Positions 12,736 through 23,360 of a stretch of 64,000 nt of DNA are shown one piece after another. The position numbers were made by a program, and so were the translations under genes. Under the pieces are notes generated by a model. The model saw only the letters and a program-made list of their open reading frames with translations, was not told the DNA's origin and did no database searches. This stretch comes from Sporopachydermia quercuum (taxonomy: Eukaryota), in NCBI GenBank assembly GCA_001599295.1, contig BCGN01000002.1, forward strand, positions 1,364,001 through 1,428,000, read 5' to 3'. How positions within the stretch are numbered: the first letter of the stretch is position 1; each line of letters begins with the position of its first letter.

Positions 12736-14247
12736 ATGGAGACAATAGATCAAGACACACTGAAAATAGAATTCTATTTTGTGCCTCCCGAACAAAGGGC
12801 TTGTCTCTCCTTATCTGAGATAACCATTGAGCGTTGCATTGACTTGTTCAAAGTGGAAATTGAGCCATTCCTGAAACATTATCCGTTTCATGGTCAAGTT
12901 GATATAACGGGGGAGGAATCAATTAAAGAAGGTCGTTTTATGACAGTATCATTGAACTATGGAGAGAATTATCCTGAAGAATGGCTTTTAATCAGTTTAG
13001 CTTTCAAAACATCCAATCTAGTGCCAGAAATCTTTTTACGAGTTATTGATTTCGATGGAGAAGTGTTATTGATTCAAGCTGCAGACTCGGTACCAGAATG
13101 GTTCACTGGTGAATATAGAGTGTGGGTACACAGTGGTCACATACGTATTATACCAGAGGAAATACAAATTGATGATGATAGAAATTTAGCGCTTAAATGC
13201 CTTAGGGAAGTTGATAAATTGCCAATCAATTCACAGGTTGATTCTGCCATTGAAGCTAAACTTAGCACGGCAGTTGAGGATGCCTTGAAAGCTGTCAGAC
13301 TAGAAAGAGTAATTGTACCAACATGGTGGGATGCTTCTAATAATGGAGCTATTCCTGAGGCAGTCTCTGATTATTCAGATATGCTTCAAGTGGTTGGCAA
13401 AGAAAATGTTGAAAGGAAACTAACCAAGATACCACAAGAATCAATGGATGTAATGAGCTTGGAAGTTTACATCCCTGTTACTACCCTGATCACTTTACAA
13501 CTATGTGGTAAAGATGGTTTATTGAATGCTCTTAGGCTATTTGACTTGAATCAAGACATTTATTATCCTGATGCAAATATGGAGAAACTTCAAAGGAAAC
13601 TAATTGCTAAAGGAATTATAAAAGAAAAGGTAGAACCCTTGTCGTTAGACGAAGTGGAACAGGAGAACGATACTGCAGAAAAGATTGAGGAAGATGAGAT
13701 GAAAAATCTAGTCAATCGTTTGAAAGATTTGATGGAGCAAAGCATTGAAAATGACGACGATGATGACCATATCACTGAGGATGATGATGACGATGGAAGT
13801 GACGATACTGGTATTAGATCACAGAAAGATCAATTCCGTGATAATGTTGATAGAAATAGTAATAGTGAAATACGCAAGAATAGAATCGACTCACCAAAAA
13901 TAGATGAAGATGATTTCTTTGAATTTTTCTTGAAAGATGCTCTCGGATTATCAGCAAATGAGATCGAAAATTATAGGGCAGGGATTTATGAAACAGACTC
14001 TATTACTCGTATTCATGCAAGTAATAATACTACTATTCCGCAAAGTTCATATAAAGAATCAATGAAAGAAAATGGATTTGATGATGGATTTGATGATGAA
14101 TTTGATGAAATCATCAACACATCTGATTCCAAATTTGATGAAGAATCTATGATAAATTTAATGAAATCATTACAAGGATCATCCGGAACGGGACCTACCG
14201 AAATTCTAATGAAAATCTTGGAGATGACTAAAAATGACAAAAAGTAG
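12736..14247 (+). CDS. ECD: Ecdysoneless/SGT1-family protein
   Basis: YGENYPEEWLLISL..LRVIDFDGEVLLIQAADSVPEW..RVWVHSGHIRIIP resembles the family core; acidic C-terminus with DEDDFFEFF and GPTEILM. Confidence 0.72.
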   Translation: METIDQDTLKIEFYFVPPEQRACLSLSEITIERCIDLFKVEIEPFLKHYPFHGQVDITGEESIKEGRFMTVSLNYGENYPEEWLLISLAFKTSNLVPEIFLRVIDFDGEVLLIQAADSVPEWFTGEYRVWVHSGHIRIIPEEIQIDDDRNLALKCLREVDKLPINSQVDSAIEAKLSTAVEDALKAVRLERVIVPTWWDASNNGAIPEAVSDYSDMLQVVGKENVERKLTKIPQESMDVMSLEVYIPVTTLITLQLCGKDGLLNALRLFDLNQDIYYPDANMEKLQRKLIAKGIIKEKVEPLSLDEVEQENDTAEKIEEDEMKNLVNRLKDLMEQSIENDDDDDHITEDDDDDGSDDTGIRSQKDQFRDNVDRNSNSEIRKNRIDSPKIDEDDFFEFFLKDALGLSANEIENYRAGIYETDSITRIHASNNTTIPQSSYKESMKENGFDDGFDDEFDEIINTSDSKFDEESMINLMKSLQGSSGTGPTEILMKILEMTKNDKK

Positions 14248-14325
14248 TCTGTTTGATAACATAAACATATTCCAATACAAATTACCATCACAATACAAAG
14301 ACTGAAATGCATTACTCGAATCCAA

Positions 14326-14955
14326 TCAAGCTGTGTGAAAAGCAGCGATAATAAATGCAAATATAAAACTGAATTTGAAGCTGGGTTGTTCAAATAACAA
14401 TTTCTCTACATCGATTTTCCTTGCTCCTACTTGAACAATTCTTCCAACGGGCATAGTTAAAATTCCTCTTGAATGAAGGAATTGGAGCACCATGAAAGTC
14501 GTGATTGCAATGGCAGCAAGTATGTTAGATAACCTTCCTATGACGATACCAAGGAATAGACCTGAAAATGATCCCATAGTCAATTGTTGATAATTCAATT
14601 TGCCTCCAAAGCGACCTGTATGATACTGTCTTCCAGTTTTTGGATCAACTTTGAACCCTGTATAAGGCTCTTGTGGCTGATCAACAGGAGTACCTAATAC
14701 AATGTCTGTAGCTAGTGATTCATTAGCCAAGGATCTATGCGAAAGAACGAACGAAACACTTCCTGCTAGAATACCTAAACCTAAATGTGATTTTGATGTC
14801 CTTGTATTGCCTGCTTTGCTAGAAAACGTAGATAATTGTCTGTTGAACGCCCTTTGGTTATAATTCAAAACTCTGAAAGCNGACAATGGCTGTGAGAATC
14901 CAAGTTTGGCTTGTCTGAAGCTCAAATTAGTAGCGCCGAAAACACTTCGAAACAT
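14326..14955 (-). CDS. FUN14: FUN14-family mitochondrial outer membrane protein
   Basis: LNYQQLTMGSFSGLFLGIVIG..LQFLHSRGI..FKFSFIFAF; basic, hydroxylated N-terminus. Confidence 0.85.
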   Translation of the reverse strand: MFRSVFGATNLSFRQAKLGFSQPLXAFRVLNYNQRAFNRQLSTFSSKAGNTRTSKSHLGLGILAGSVSFVLSHRSLANESLATDIVLGTPVDQPQEPYTGFKVDPKTGRQYHTGRFGGKLNYQQLTMGSFSGLFLGIVIGRLSNILAAIAITTFMVLQFLHSRGILTMPVGRIVQVGARKIDVEKLLFEQPSFKFSFIFAFIIAAFHTA

Positions 14956-17326
14956 ATCTGATACGATTCTAAACTCTTGGACTGTATTTTGATGACTATT
15001 GCTTATGACGATCTAACTATAAGTGCCACTTCGAATTGCAATGTTTCGTTTCAGTATACTATCAGGTATTATGTATCAGGATCGTTTATACAAAGTAATC
15101 AATTTTTCTCCCAAAACAGCTTTAGGAATACAATACTTTATTGATTAATAAATTGATGGATCAATTTCTTAGTTGATTGATAAACTATACAATCATTTGA
15201 TTAGGAAGTTCCATATTTTCGCAATTGAATTTTATGTGAAACCTTTCTCATCTCCATTACATCATCAACCCTTCTTTTAAGTTCTTATAAGCTTGCAGAA
15301 CACCCACCTATATTCTCGTTCATATAGTATAAAGGAGTAAATAGGCAAGAAATGGGACATTTCTATTTTTGTTTGAGAATTCAACTCATTTATTCTCCCA
15401 ATGAGTTGAATAGAAAAGATAGAGTGACTTTGAAGCTGATATCTCGCTTATTTTTATTATTTTTAATTGTGGATAAGCTACGTGTTGAAAGCGAGAGAAA
15501 GAGTATGTAAAATGGATGACTAGTTGTGTTGTACGATACCAGTCTAACACGTATGAGGTGATAAGTTTCGTAAGATTCAAAAGAAAAATCAAATGGGAAT
15601 AATTTAAATTGAAATCAACTTNATGTGAACTGAAGATTGATATGATCGCATATTACTCTTTCCGACGTAACTAGTTCGTTGTTTCATTGGTAGGCTACAG
15701 CGTCAAAAAGCAGTTGAGGAAGATGCTAAATTTACACCATGGCCGAGGTAGTTGTCTGTCAAAGCTCATATGTATCAATATACTGCTCAACTGAACAATA
15801 ACAACTCTCAATCATCAAACGAAGAAGCAAACAGTTAAGAATTCTACATGCAGTATCTATGGTTGACATGTTACTTTCTACCAAAGTATCGGTTGATCCA
15901 TCTCAAAAATCTGGCTGCTTCTTGGTACCAACCATAAACAGAACTTTGGAAGCAATGAAAGCCCTTCATTGCAGTACAGATATTTTTTATTAGTTTTAAC
16001 GTAATACTTCAAATGCAGATAAACCCTACATTGATAAAAATAAATATANTATCAACCTCCATATTAACTTTTTCTATTTTGAACCTAACAATTACAGAAT
16101 AGATTAAAGAAACAAAAACCCGATCTCAATATAGGCTTGCAATGCTTTACTCAGAATCCACTCAGAATACATTCGCTTGTATGTCTATTCTGTTACACCT
16201 CTCATGAATACTTGCTTACATATTTCCTTGCTCTGTGTTCCTTCTCAACTGCAATTACAGCTCTATCTTAACTACAGTAAACAATTATCCACCCCAAAAC
16301 TCCTCAGTCCAATTACGGTACTCTTTAAAACAAACTCATCATCTATCTCCAGATCTGAAACATCTCTCTTCAACTTCCTCCAACCAGCCTCCAGATTTAG
16401 AACAAAGACCCACCCAGTATTTCATATTCAATCGCATAATCACGAACAGAAACGACTAATACAAAAGTAAGAATAAAATATTCTTAAAATAAAAACTGNT
16501 AACTGTTTAGGTACACTGTAGATTTGCTTTGAGTATATTCTAAAAATATACTTTCTGAAAAGTGAAATATGTTTCAACCTTTCACATGGACATACATTTT
16601 TTAAGGTACGGGATTTCAACTATATGATTTCGGTTGAAAGAATAACTTTATTTGTTGAATTCAAGATTCTTTACAGCTTAATATCGTTCTAGATTTGAGT
16701 TAACTATTACAAAGGGGGAAATCTTAGTACAAAAATATGATATTATTCCGTATAGAAATATGTAAAAATGTCGCCTTTTAGATGCAGTTCTCACCGTCAA
16801 AAGTGGAATATGTGCCAATAATAGTATTTTTGTTCAGGGTCTGTCAAGTAGAACTAGAATATAGTCCGGTTACGACTGAATAAGATGGATTTTTTTTTAT
16901 ACCTTTTTTTTTGTCACTTGATTCTTGAAGGACTATTTTTATGATAACAAGTGAGAAAGGAAAGAGAAATAGTGCAAATGAGAGATAAGATTTGAAGGGA
17001 ATTGTAGTGAGAGCGCTGTTTTGTCAGAAAATCGAANTTTTTGGAATCAGGTACAATCAGCCGACGTGATTTGAGAATAAAGTGAAAATAAAAAAGAGGG
17101 TAGGTAGCAGCAAAGACCAAGGTAGTAACACAGGAAGGGAAAAAGTAGTTTGTAGGAAACTACACGAAGGAATTATCCTAGTCGGGCTGTTAGCCATTAA
17201 TATTTATGTGGAGTATCAGTCAAGTAAGTGAGTAGCACGATAACCGGTAATAAGTTGAGATCAAGTTTTCGGCTAACAGCATAAGAGAAGAAGGAAAAGT
17301 CGGAAGTGGATATCTCTCGCCGAGAA

Positions 17327-19165
17327 ATGGATGATTATCCATCTTTGAAATCCAAGATGGATTTCAAATTATCTGCTAAGCAAACTGGTAAAAGACAGAG
17401 AAATACCAAGAATCTGTCTTTGGACTTGAATGCCTTGCACTCTTTTAACCACTGTTCAACATTTTCTTCACAACCNCCCAACACTGTAAGTAATAATTTA
17501 ATGATAGAAAATGAAGATGAAAGAGTATCCTCACACCATCGTACGTCGTCAACACCAATCAACCTAGAAGCGCCCACTTCAACAAGTGAGGAATTCGAAT
17601 TAAAAGAACCTGTTAAAGATACTACACCGGATTTTGACACTCTGCCCCGCAATGTCTTCATCTATGGTGATTGTAATAGTGAAGAAAGTTCATGGTCTAC
17701 AATTATTGCTAGCTCAGAAACTTTGGATTCTGTAGAAGCAGGTATTCCCGTCAAAATCAGTCACTCAGCAAGAGAGAGATACAATGATTCCAAAGCTATA
17801 CTGTCAACTTTGGTCACAGAAGATACTGATATACACTCGTTCACAAAGCACGAGCATTCTTTTAATGCAATCATGAAAAATGATCAACATAAGCATAACG
17901 GATTAAAGGTAACACCCCCTCGAGATGATGGTCTTAGAATTGAAAAGACAGCAAGGACGAAAACAAATACTATCCCTCATAGTGGTTCAGTATCTAGATC
18001 AATTTTCACAGTCCCTCCGCCTTCTATGCCTTTAAAAAGAAGGATTTCATTGTCACTATCACAACTTACAATTAATTCTCCTACAATTGCAGGTTCAGAC
18101 GAACTCAATTCGATGTCATCTGCTTCCTCCAATGGCTCTTCGCGTTTTACTTCTCCTAATTCCTCAGGAAATGTTACAGCTATCTCTGATACGGGAACAA
18201 ATGACAGTTTCAAGATCCTTGGCTCTCAGTCAAACAATTTTCCTAATACACCTGGTGTCAAAGACTCTTTTCAGGGAAATCAAGGGATTACAGGTTTGAA
18301 TTTGGAACAACTAGATTTTGGCTCAAATAGAGATCCTCATAATTTTTCTTCATTAATATCTCCCTTCCCACCGGTTCCCACCTCAGCTACAAGAGAAACA
18401 TTCCGAGTACTTACTGCAGAAAACAATTCGCATCGGCCCAGAGGTCAAACAATATCACATTCACGATTCTCAACAATGACAGATCCATCAGATATAGTAC
18501 CTCTGGAAGCCATAAACACTTATAGAAATGGTCCTATATGTATAATTCCTCCACACTTGTATTTATATTCCGAACCAACAAAAGAGGAAGCTCAACAATT
18601 TGATGTTGTGATTAATGTGGCAGAAGAAGTACATTATCCCTTCGATGAGCAATTAAATGGTGTCTCTCAAATTCATAACTCAGAATCAACAGCTTCAAAC
18701 GTCGACCGAACTGAAAGTCGCCTGAATTCAACATCGACCGTTTCTTCTTTTGGTTCGACTATAACAAGTATACCAGAAGATGAGTGTACACCGTATTCCT
18801 CTCTTGAATCGATTAACGAATCAATGCTACCACTAGAAGATGATAGCTCGTATACTACCCTGAAGAGCTCGAATCCAGAATACGTGTTTGTTCCTTGGAC
18901 TCACAACTCAGAACTAATATCGTACTTACCTGACTTGACTGAGTTGATATCATGTAAAGTGAAAGCTGGGAAAAGAGTACTGATACATTGCCAATGTGGT
19001 GTATCTCGGTCAGTATCGTTGGTCATTGCTTATGTGATGAAAGAACGGAATATGGATTTGAATTCGGCTTATGCATTTGTAAAAGAGAAGGTTCCACAGG
19101 CTAATCCTAATTTGACATTAATATTCCAGCTAATGGATTGGGGTAATAAACTGAAGGAAAACTGA
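17327..19165 (+). CDS. MSG5: Dual-specificity MAPK phosphatase (MSG5/SDP1/CPP1-like)
   Basis: RNTKNLSL docking motif, YRNGPICI, LYLYSEP, FDVVINVAEE, catalytic IHCQCGVSRS; first ATG at 17327. Confidence 0.88.
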   Translation: MDDYPSLKSKMDFKLSAKQTGKRQRNTKNLSLDLNALHSFNHCSTFSSQXPNTVSNNLMIENEDERVSSHHRTSSTPINLEAPTSTSEEFELKEPVKDTTPDFDTLPRNVFIYGDCNSEESSWSTIIASSETLDSVEAGIPVKISHSARERYNDSKAILSTLVTEDTDIHSFTKHEHSFNAIMKNDQHKHNGLKVTPPRDDGLRIEKTARTKTNTIPHSGSVSRSIFTVPPPSMPLKRRISLSLSQLTINSPTIAGSDELNSMSSASSNGSSRFTSPNSSGNVTAISDTGTNDSFKILGSQSNNFPNTPGVKDSFQGNQGITGLNLEQLDFGSNRDPHNFSSLISPFPPVPTSATRETFRVLTAENNSHRPRGQTISHSRFSTMTDPSDIVPLEAINTYRNGPICIIPPHLYLYSEPTKEEAQQFDVVINVAEEVHYPFDEQLNGVSQIHNSESTASNVDRTESRLNSTSTVSSFGSTITSIPEDECTPYSSLESINESMLPLEDDSSYTTLKSSNPEYVFVPWTHNSELISYLPDLTELISCKVKAGKRVLIHCQCGVSRSVSLVIAYVMKERNMDLNSAYAFVKEKVPQANPNLTLIFQLMDWGNKLKEN

Positions 19166-20022
19166 GGAGATTATGACGGGGCTTTCTATATGGGTTTGTT
19201 ATGGGTTAATAATGGTAGGTATCATTAATGGTAAATCTTTATGTTTATTATCGTTAGCTCTTTGCAATGCTTGTAGACAGAAATTCATTAAGAAAGATAA
19301 AACTTTAACAAAGAGTCATCAAGATAATAGAATGCCAGCTACAAGAAGATCTATACGATTATACGCATAGCTGGTGTTATCATCCGTAGAAGTGAAGAAT
19401 GTACAACTATGGTAAGCGTAAATTTCATGATGAGCATACTTTATAGAACTTTTGGGAACTACATGAAGATTTTAACTAGAGCAGAAGAAACCTTTATGAG
19501 CACTTCAAAATTTTGTGAGCTAACTTTGTTTGTTAATGGTTCTTGGATTAGTAGTAACTGACAATGTTCCTGGTTCAAAATTGTGTAGCGAGTATNTTAA
19601 AGAACTTAAATTAGAACTTCTTTGGAGCNTGAATTACTCATACCCTTCCCAGCCAAGTTCGACTTCAATCCTAGAGGGATGCAGAGAGTATTTGAGCACT
19701 CTCAATACAACGAGTAAGAATTTTTCGTTCGGTATGTTCCTCTATGCTCTTTCACTCACTAATGTATACTTCCTGATGTTTTAATGTTTCTAAAAAGGCC
19801 ACAATAACTACTATTTATAATCCCTCCAAGTGCGTGGAATTGTTAAATCTCAATCTTCAGGTAAACCTACGGAGAAACTGTAGGTCATAAGCATAAAAAT
19901 GAGCATTAACAAATATTGTATGAACTGCTGATGATGACAATAGTTTCATCGCAAAACCAAATAANGTAATAACCAATTAAGGTTTGAAAGGAATATATAA
20001 GAAAGTGAAAAGTAATGTTTAC

Positions 20023-20120
20023 GCCCTTTGGGCATATGGTCAATTTGAAACGATACAGAGAAGATTAGCATGGCCCCTGCATAAGGATGACACGCTTTAC
20101 AAAGAGATTTAACCGTTTTT
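20023..20120 (+). ncRNA. SNR6: U6 spliceosomal snRNA
   Basis: GCCC-TTT-GGGC 5' hairpin, GATACAGAGAAGATTAGCATGGCCCCTGCATAAGGATGACACGC core, T-run terminator 20116-20124, TATATAA at 19994. Confidence 0.96.
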
Positions 20121-20246
20121 TTTTCCAAATTTTTTTTTAATATAAAGAATGACTTTTGCTCTCTTTAACGAACGAACTCTCAAGCAATTAAATGCTCAAT
20201 TCATAAGATATTACGTTCTTGGTGATGTTTGCAATTGTTTGATTGG

Positions 20247-20257
20247 GGTTCGAAACC
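20247..20257 (+). promoter_or_regulatory. Downstream extragenic Pol III B box for U6
   Basis: GGTTCGAAACC about 125 bp past the U6 terminator, matching GGTTCGANNCC. Confidence 0.75.
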
Positions 20258-21042
20258 AGTGGGGAGCATTTGCACCTCAAAATTATAATGGGACTTAAAC
20301 ACTGGGACTGAAAAAATTTTGGTGCTTTTCTTGGGTGCAAGAAAGAGTGTAGATAATGTGATATAGGAATAAAAAAAATATTCAATATAATACTATGAAA
20401 TCTTCGGCTTTCTTTCCCTTTTGTTTGATAATAAGAGTTCACATTCCACGGAATATACAGATAAATGTAGAAGTGGCTTTAAAAATACATATTACAATTG
20501 GAAGTCAAAAGGTAGTAGAAACTCCGTACGGTGGAGGGAGGAAGTCGAAATTCGTTGGTTTATCTATTCTAATTAGTTAGTAAAAACTTTGGGAGCCAAA
20601 ACTTCAAATTTGAATCATTAACAGCATTAGTCAAACAAAAAATCAGAATTAACATTCGTTCTCTTCCGGTAATACAGATAATGTAGATAAGGTATAAGAA
20701 ATGTTTGTTCATCATTTTAAAGAAGGAGCTGGGAAAATGTACTGCTGGTTGAGATCCACTTACTTACTTTTAGTCTAGAAAAGTTCAAATCCAGTTGCAG
20801 GTACTTCGAGTCTACAAAGATAAAAAGAAATTTTTATTGTGAGCCAAAGCAAAGTGTTATTTTTTGACATCATTGTACTAAGCTATCAACCTAACAGGAA
20901 GAAAGAAAAAATCATTATGCAAATTTGGGAGGAGTAGAAACAAATGACAAAACCAGAAAAAAGAAAGCAAAAAACCGGAAAAGATAATTCTATGTAGGTA
21001 TGCATATTTATACATAATAATGCATATTACTAGATACATCGT

Positions 21043-21981
21043 TGAAACACTTTCTCACCAAATCTGATGACTTCCTCCTGCCAGGACTCCTGAATTCAAT
21101 ATTAATCAAGGAACGGATATCCCAAATGATTGATGCCGATACCCCTTGTTTATTTGAGCTTATTTGACACTTCGAGCGTGAATATTGAATCATTGTTAAG
21201 AAAAAAATTCAAGGTATATTCATGTCTTTCAAACTGACAGGGGGTGAAGTATGAAACCAAAGAACGAATATTGACACTCAAAATCGCATATGGTCCTCAA
21301 TATGCTAGTGTACTATTTCCGTGTTTTTGTGTCAACCTCCAGCTAATGGCTTAACTGAACTAATGTTGGGACAAGAATCGAGCTGATGAGAAACACGTCT
21401 CTAACTCGCTCGCGTTTCAATGTTCCATTAGTTTTCTTCTTCAAGTAACTGTTTCAAAATCTAATTAATAAACTTTGGTGATTAGTTGAAAAATACTTAT
21501 TAGGGAAGCTGAATTCTAAGCTTTCGTACCTGACAGTCACATGTAATTGCAAACTTTAACAGCTTTGCTTTAGCGTTCAACGAAAACTGTTCTCTCGCTG
21601 TTTGTTCAAGGGATCGACCGTCCATGAGGGCTTCTGCACATTTTTATGATATGATGAAACAAATTAATAAAAGTTTGAAACTACATAGAGTATACATTAT
21701 TTAAGTACCTCAAGATTCCTTAAAACAAATGCTATGAATGTTTTAGCATTGTCACCAAATGCAACCTGGTCAGCAACCCAACTTGCTTCGACATCCTCAT
21801 TCACGATATATCCAGCCCCGAAGTACTCAAAAGTCAACAACGTAACGTTGCAATTTAGTCGTTTGAATACTATAAAGTGTTTATGCATTTTACACTTCCT
21901 TCAACTAACTGTCTTGTGAAATCGTTTCCACAACAATAGGTAGGAAAGACAAAGTGGAATAAATGTATGAGAGATGTTTCA
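21043..21981. promoter_or_regulatory. Cluster of Ste12 pheromone-response-element matches (TGAAACA)
   Basis: Exact matches at 21043, 21450 (rc), 21655 and 21975 (rc), plus TGAAACG at 21413 (rc), upstream of the DPBB gene. Confidence 0.5.
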
Positions 21982-22244
21982 TATAGAGTTTAATTCGTAA
22001 TAAGGTTTAACTTGGGAATTTCGAAACTTATTAACTGTTAGTTAAATTCTAAACTTTGTTTGGACTGATCAGGGTTTTTTATATAAATTGTCAATATTTC
22101 TCTTCAACACCATATTACTATAAAGAATAAATGCGTATTATTTAACTATTCAGCTAAGAAAATAATCAGGTTGATCAAAATTTTGAATAGTCATAAGCAC
22201 ACAGAAAAAACTGTCACTGTAGACTATACACCTATATATCCAGA

Positions 22245-23123
22245 ATGAAGTTGAACGAAGTGCTGNTAGGATTGACTCTCCTAACCACAATCTTAGGAAA
22301 ACCAAACAGCGGTTTGAAGCATAAAAGACAAGTAGCACAAGATGTTGANTATGATGAAGATTCTGATGAGATTATTTATGTCACTCAAACGATGTTTGAC
22401 ATTGAACTAGTTTACGTTGATACAGATGGTCGAATTGTTTCTACTGAATCAACTACTAGACTTGATGATCCATACTTCACTGATCCAGAATACAGATCAC
22501 TCCCTACTTTGGCAGAGATCAAAGTTACCTTAGGAAGTGAATATGTTGAACCTACTTCAGTTGTCCAAGAAATTTTAGCTGCTGCTAAAACAGAAACAGG
22601 ATCAGATTCTCAAATTACCTCACCTCCCATAGCAGTTATATCAAGCAATGAAGCTTCTTCCGTATCACCAGTTGAGGAAAGTACTTCAGAATCATCAATT
22701 GAGAGCGGTTCTGTGGAAGTTAGCACCAATAATCCAACAACTACCATAGAAGCAGACGGAACAACTTCTATCTCTGAAGAGGTCAAAGAAGAATCAACAC
22801 CGGATGCAACAGAGAGCTTTAGCGGTAAGGGAACATTTTATGATACAGGACTAGGTGCATGTGGGGAATATAGTAGCGACACAGATTTCATTGTGGCTAT
22901 CTCTGCAGGATTATTTGATTCAGCTGGAGTGGCAAACCCCAATAATAATCCATTCTGCGGAAAATCAATTACTGCTTCCAGAGGATCAAAATCTATCGTA
23001 GTGAAAGTAGTAGATAGGTGTGAAGGATGTGCATATAACGATTTGGACTTCAGTCCTTCTGCATTTGAACAGCTAGCTGACTTTTCAGAANGAAGGGTTG
23101 ATATTAACTGGGTTTGGAACTAG
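22245..23123 (+). CDS. Secreted RlpA-like double-psi beta-barrel (expansin-like, Asp f 7/DAG7-like) protein
   Basis: Signal peptide plus KR site, S/T/E-rich stalk, GKGTFYDTGLGACG..NPNNNPFCGKSI..VVDRCEGC..DLDFSPSAF. Confidence 0.88.
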   Translation: MKLNEVLXGLTLLTTILGKPNSGLKHKRQVAQDVXYDEDSDEIIYVTQTMFDIELVYVDTDGRIVSTESTTRLDDPYFTDPEYRSLPTLAEIKVTLGSEYVEPTSVVQEILAAAKTETGSDSQITSPPIAVISSNEASSVSPVEESTSESSIESGSVEVSTNNPTTTIEADGTTSISEEVKEESTPDATESFSGKGTFYDTGLGACGEYSSDTDFIVAISAGLFDSAGVANPNNNPFCGKSITASRGSKSIVVKVVDRCEGCAYNDLDFSPSAFEQLADFSEXRVDINWVWN

Positions 23124-23360
23124 GCTGTAATCTAGGTAGTGTTTCTATTGGATTTAGAATGGTTCGATAAAGGTAAAGATGGGTAAATATTATTGCATAG
23201 CATTCAAAGGGAATAATTGAACGGGTTACTAAATTATTCTTTTAAAATAAACATTTATTAGCTGTAAACAAATATCAAATACCGATCAGGTGTAGTTCCT
23301 TGCTCTTCTCTTCTTTCCTGCTTTCTCGTCAGTTTCTTTCCCTGTATTACCCTTGATTCA

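Noticed and set aside
16177..16470. 97-aa ORF upstream of MSG5
   Set aside because: Non-ATG start in the track, low-complexity pyrimidine-rich sequence, no motif
19946..20128. 60-aa minus-strand ORF
   Set aside because: It is the antisense of the U6 snRNA gene
20210..20270. tRNA around GGTTCGAAACC
   Set aside because: No consistent T-stem, D-arm or anticodon arm; better explained as the U6 B box
23122..23135. SRP RNA start (AGGCTGTAAT)
   Set aside because: Overlaps the stop codon of the DPBB gene, and the following sequence does not continue as SRP RNA
23130..23355. snR62 expected by synteny beyond CUE5
   Set aside because: No C/D boxes with an ACCTTGGAG-type guide found here
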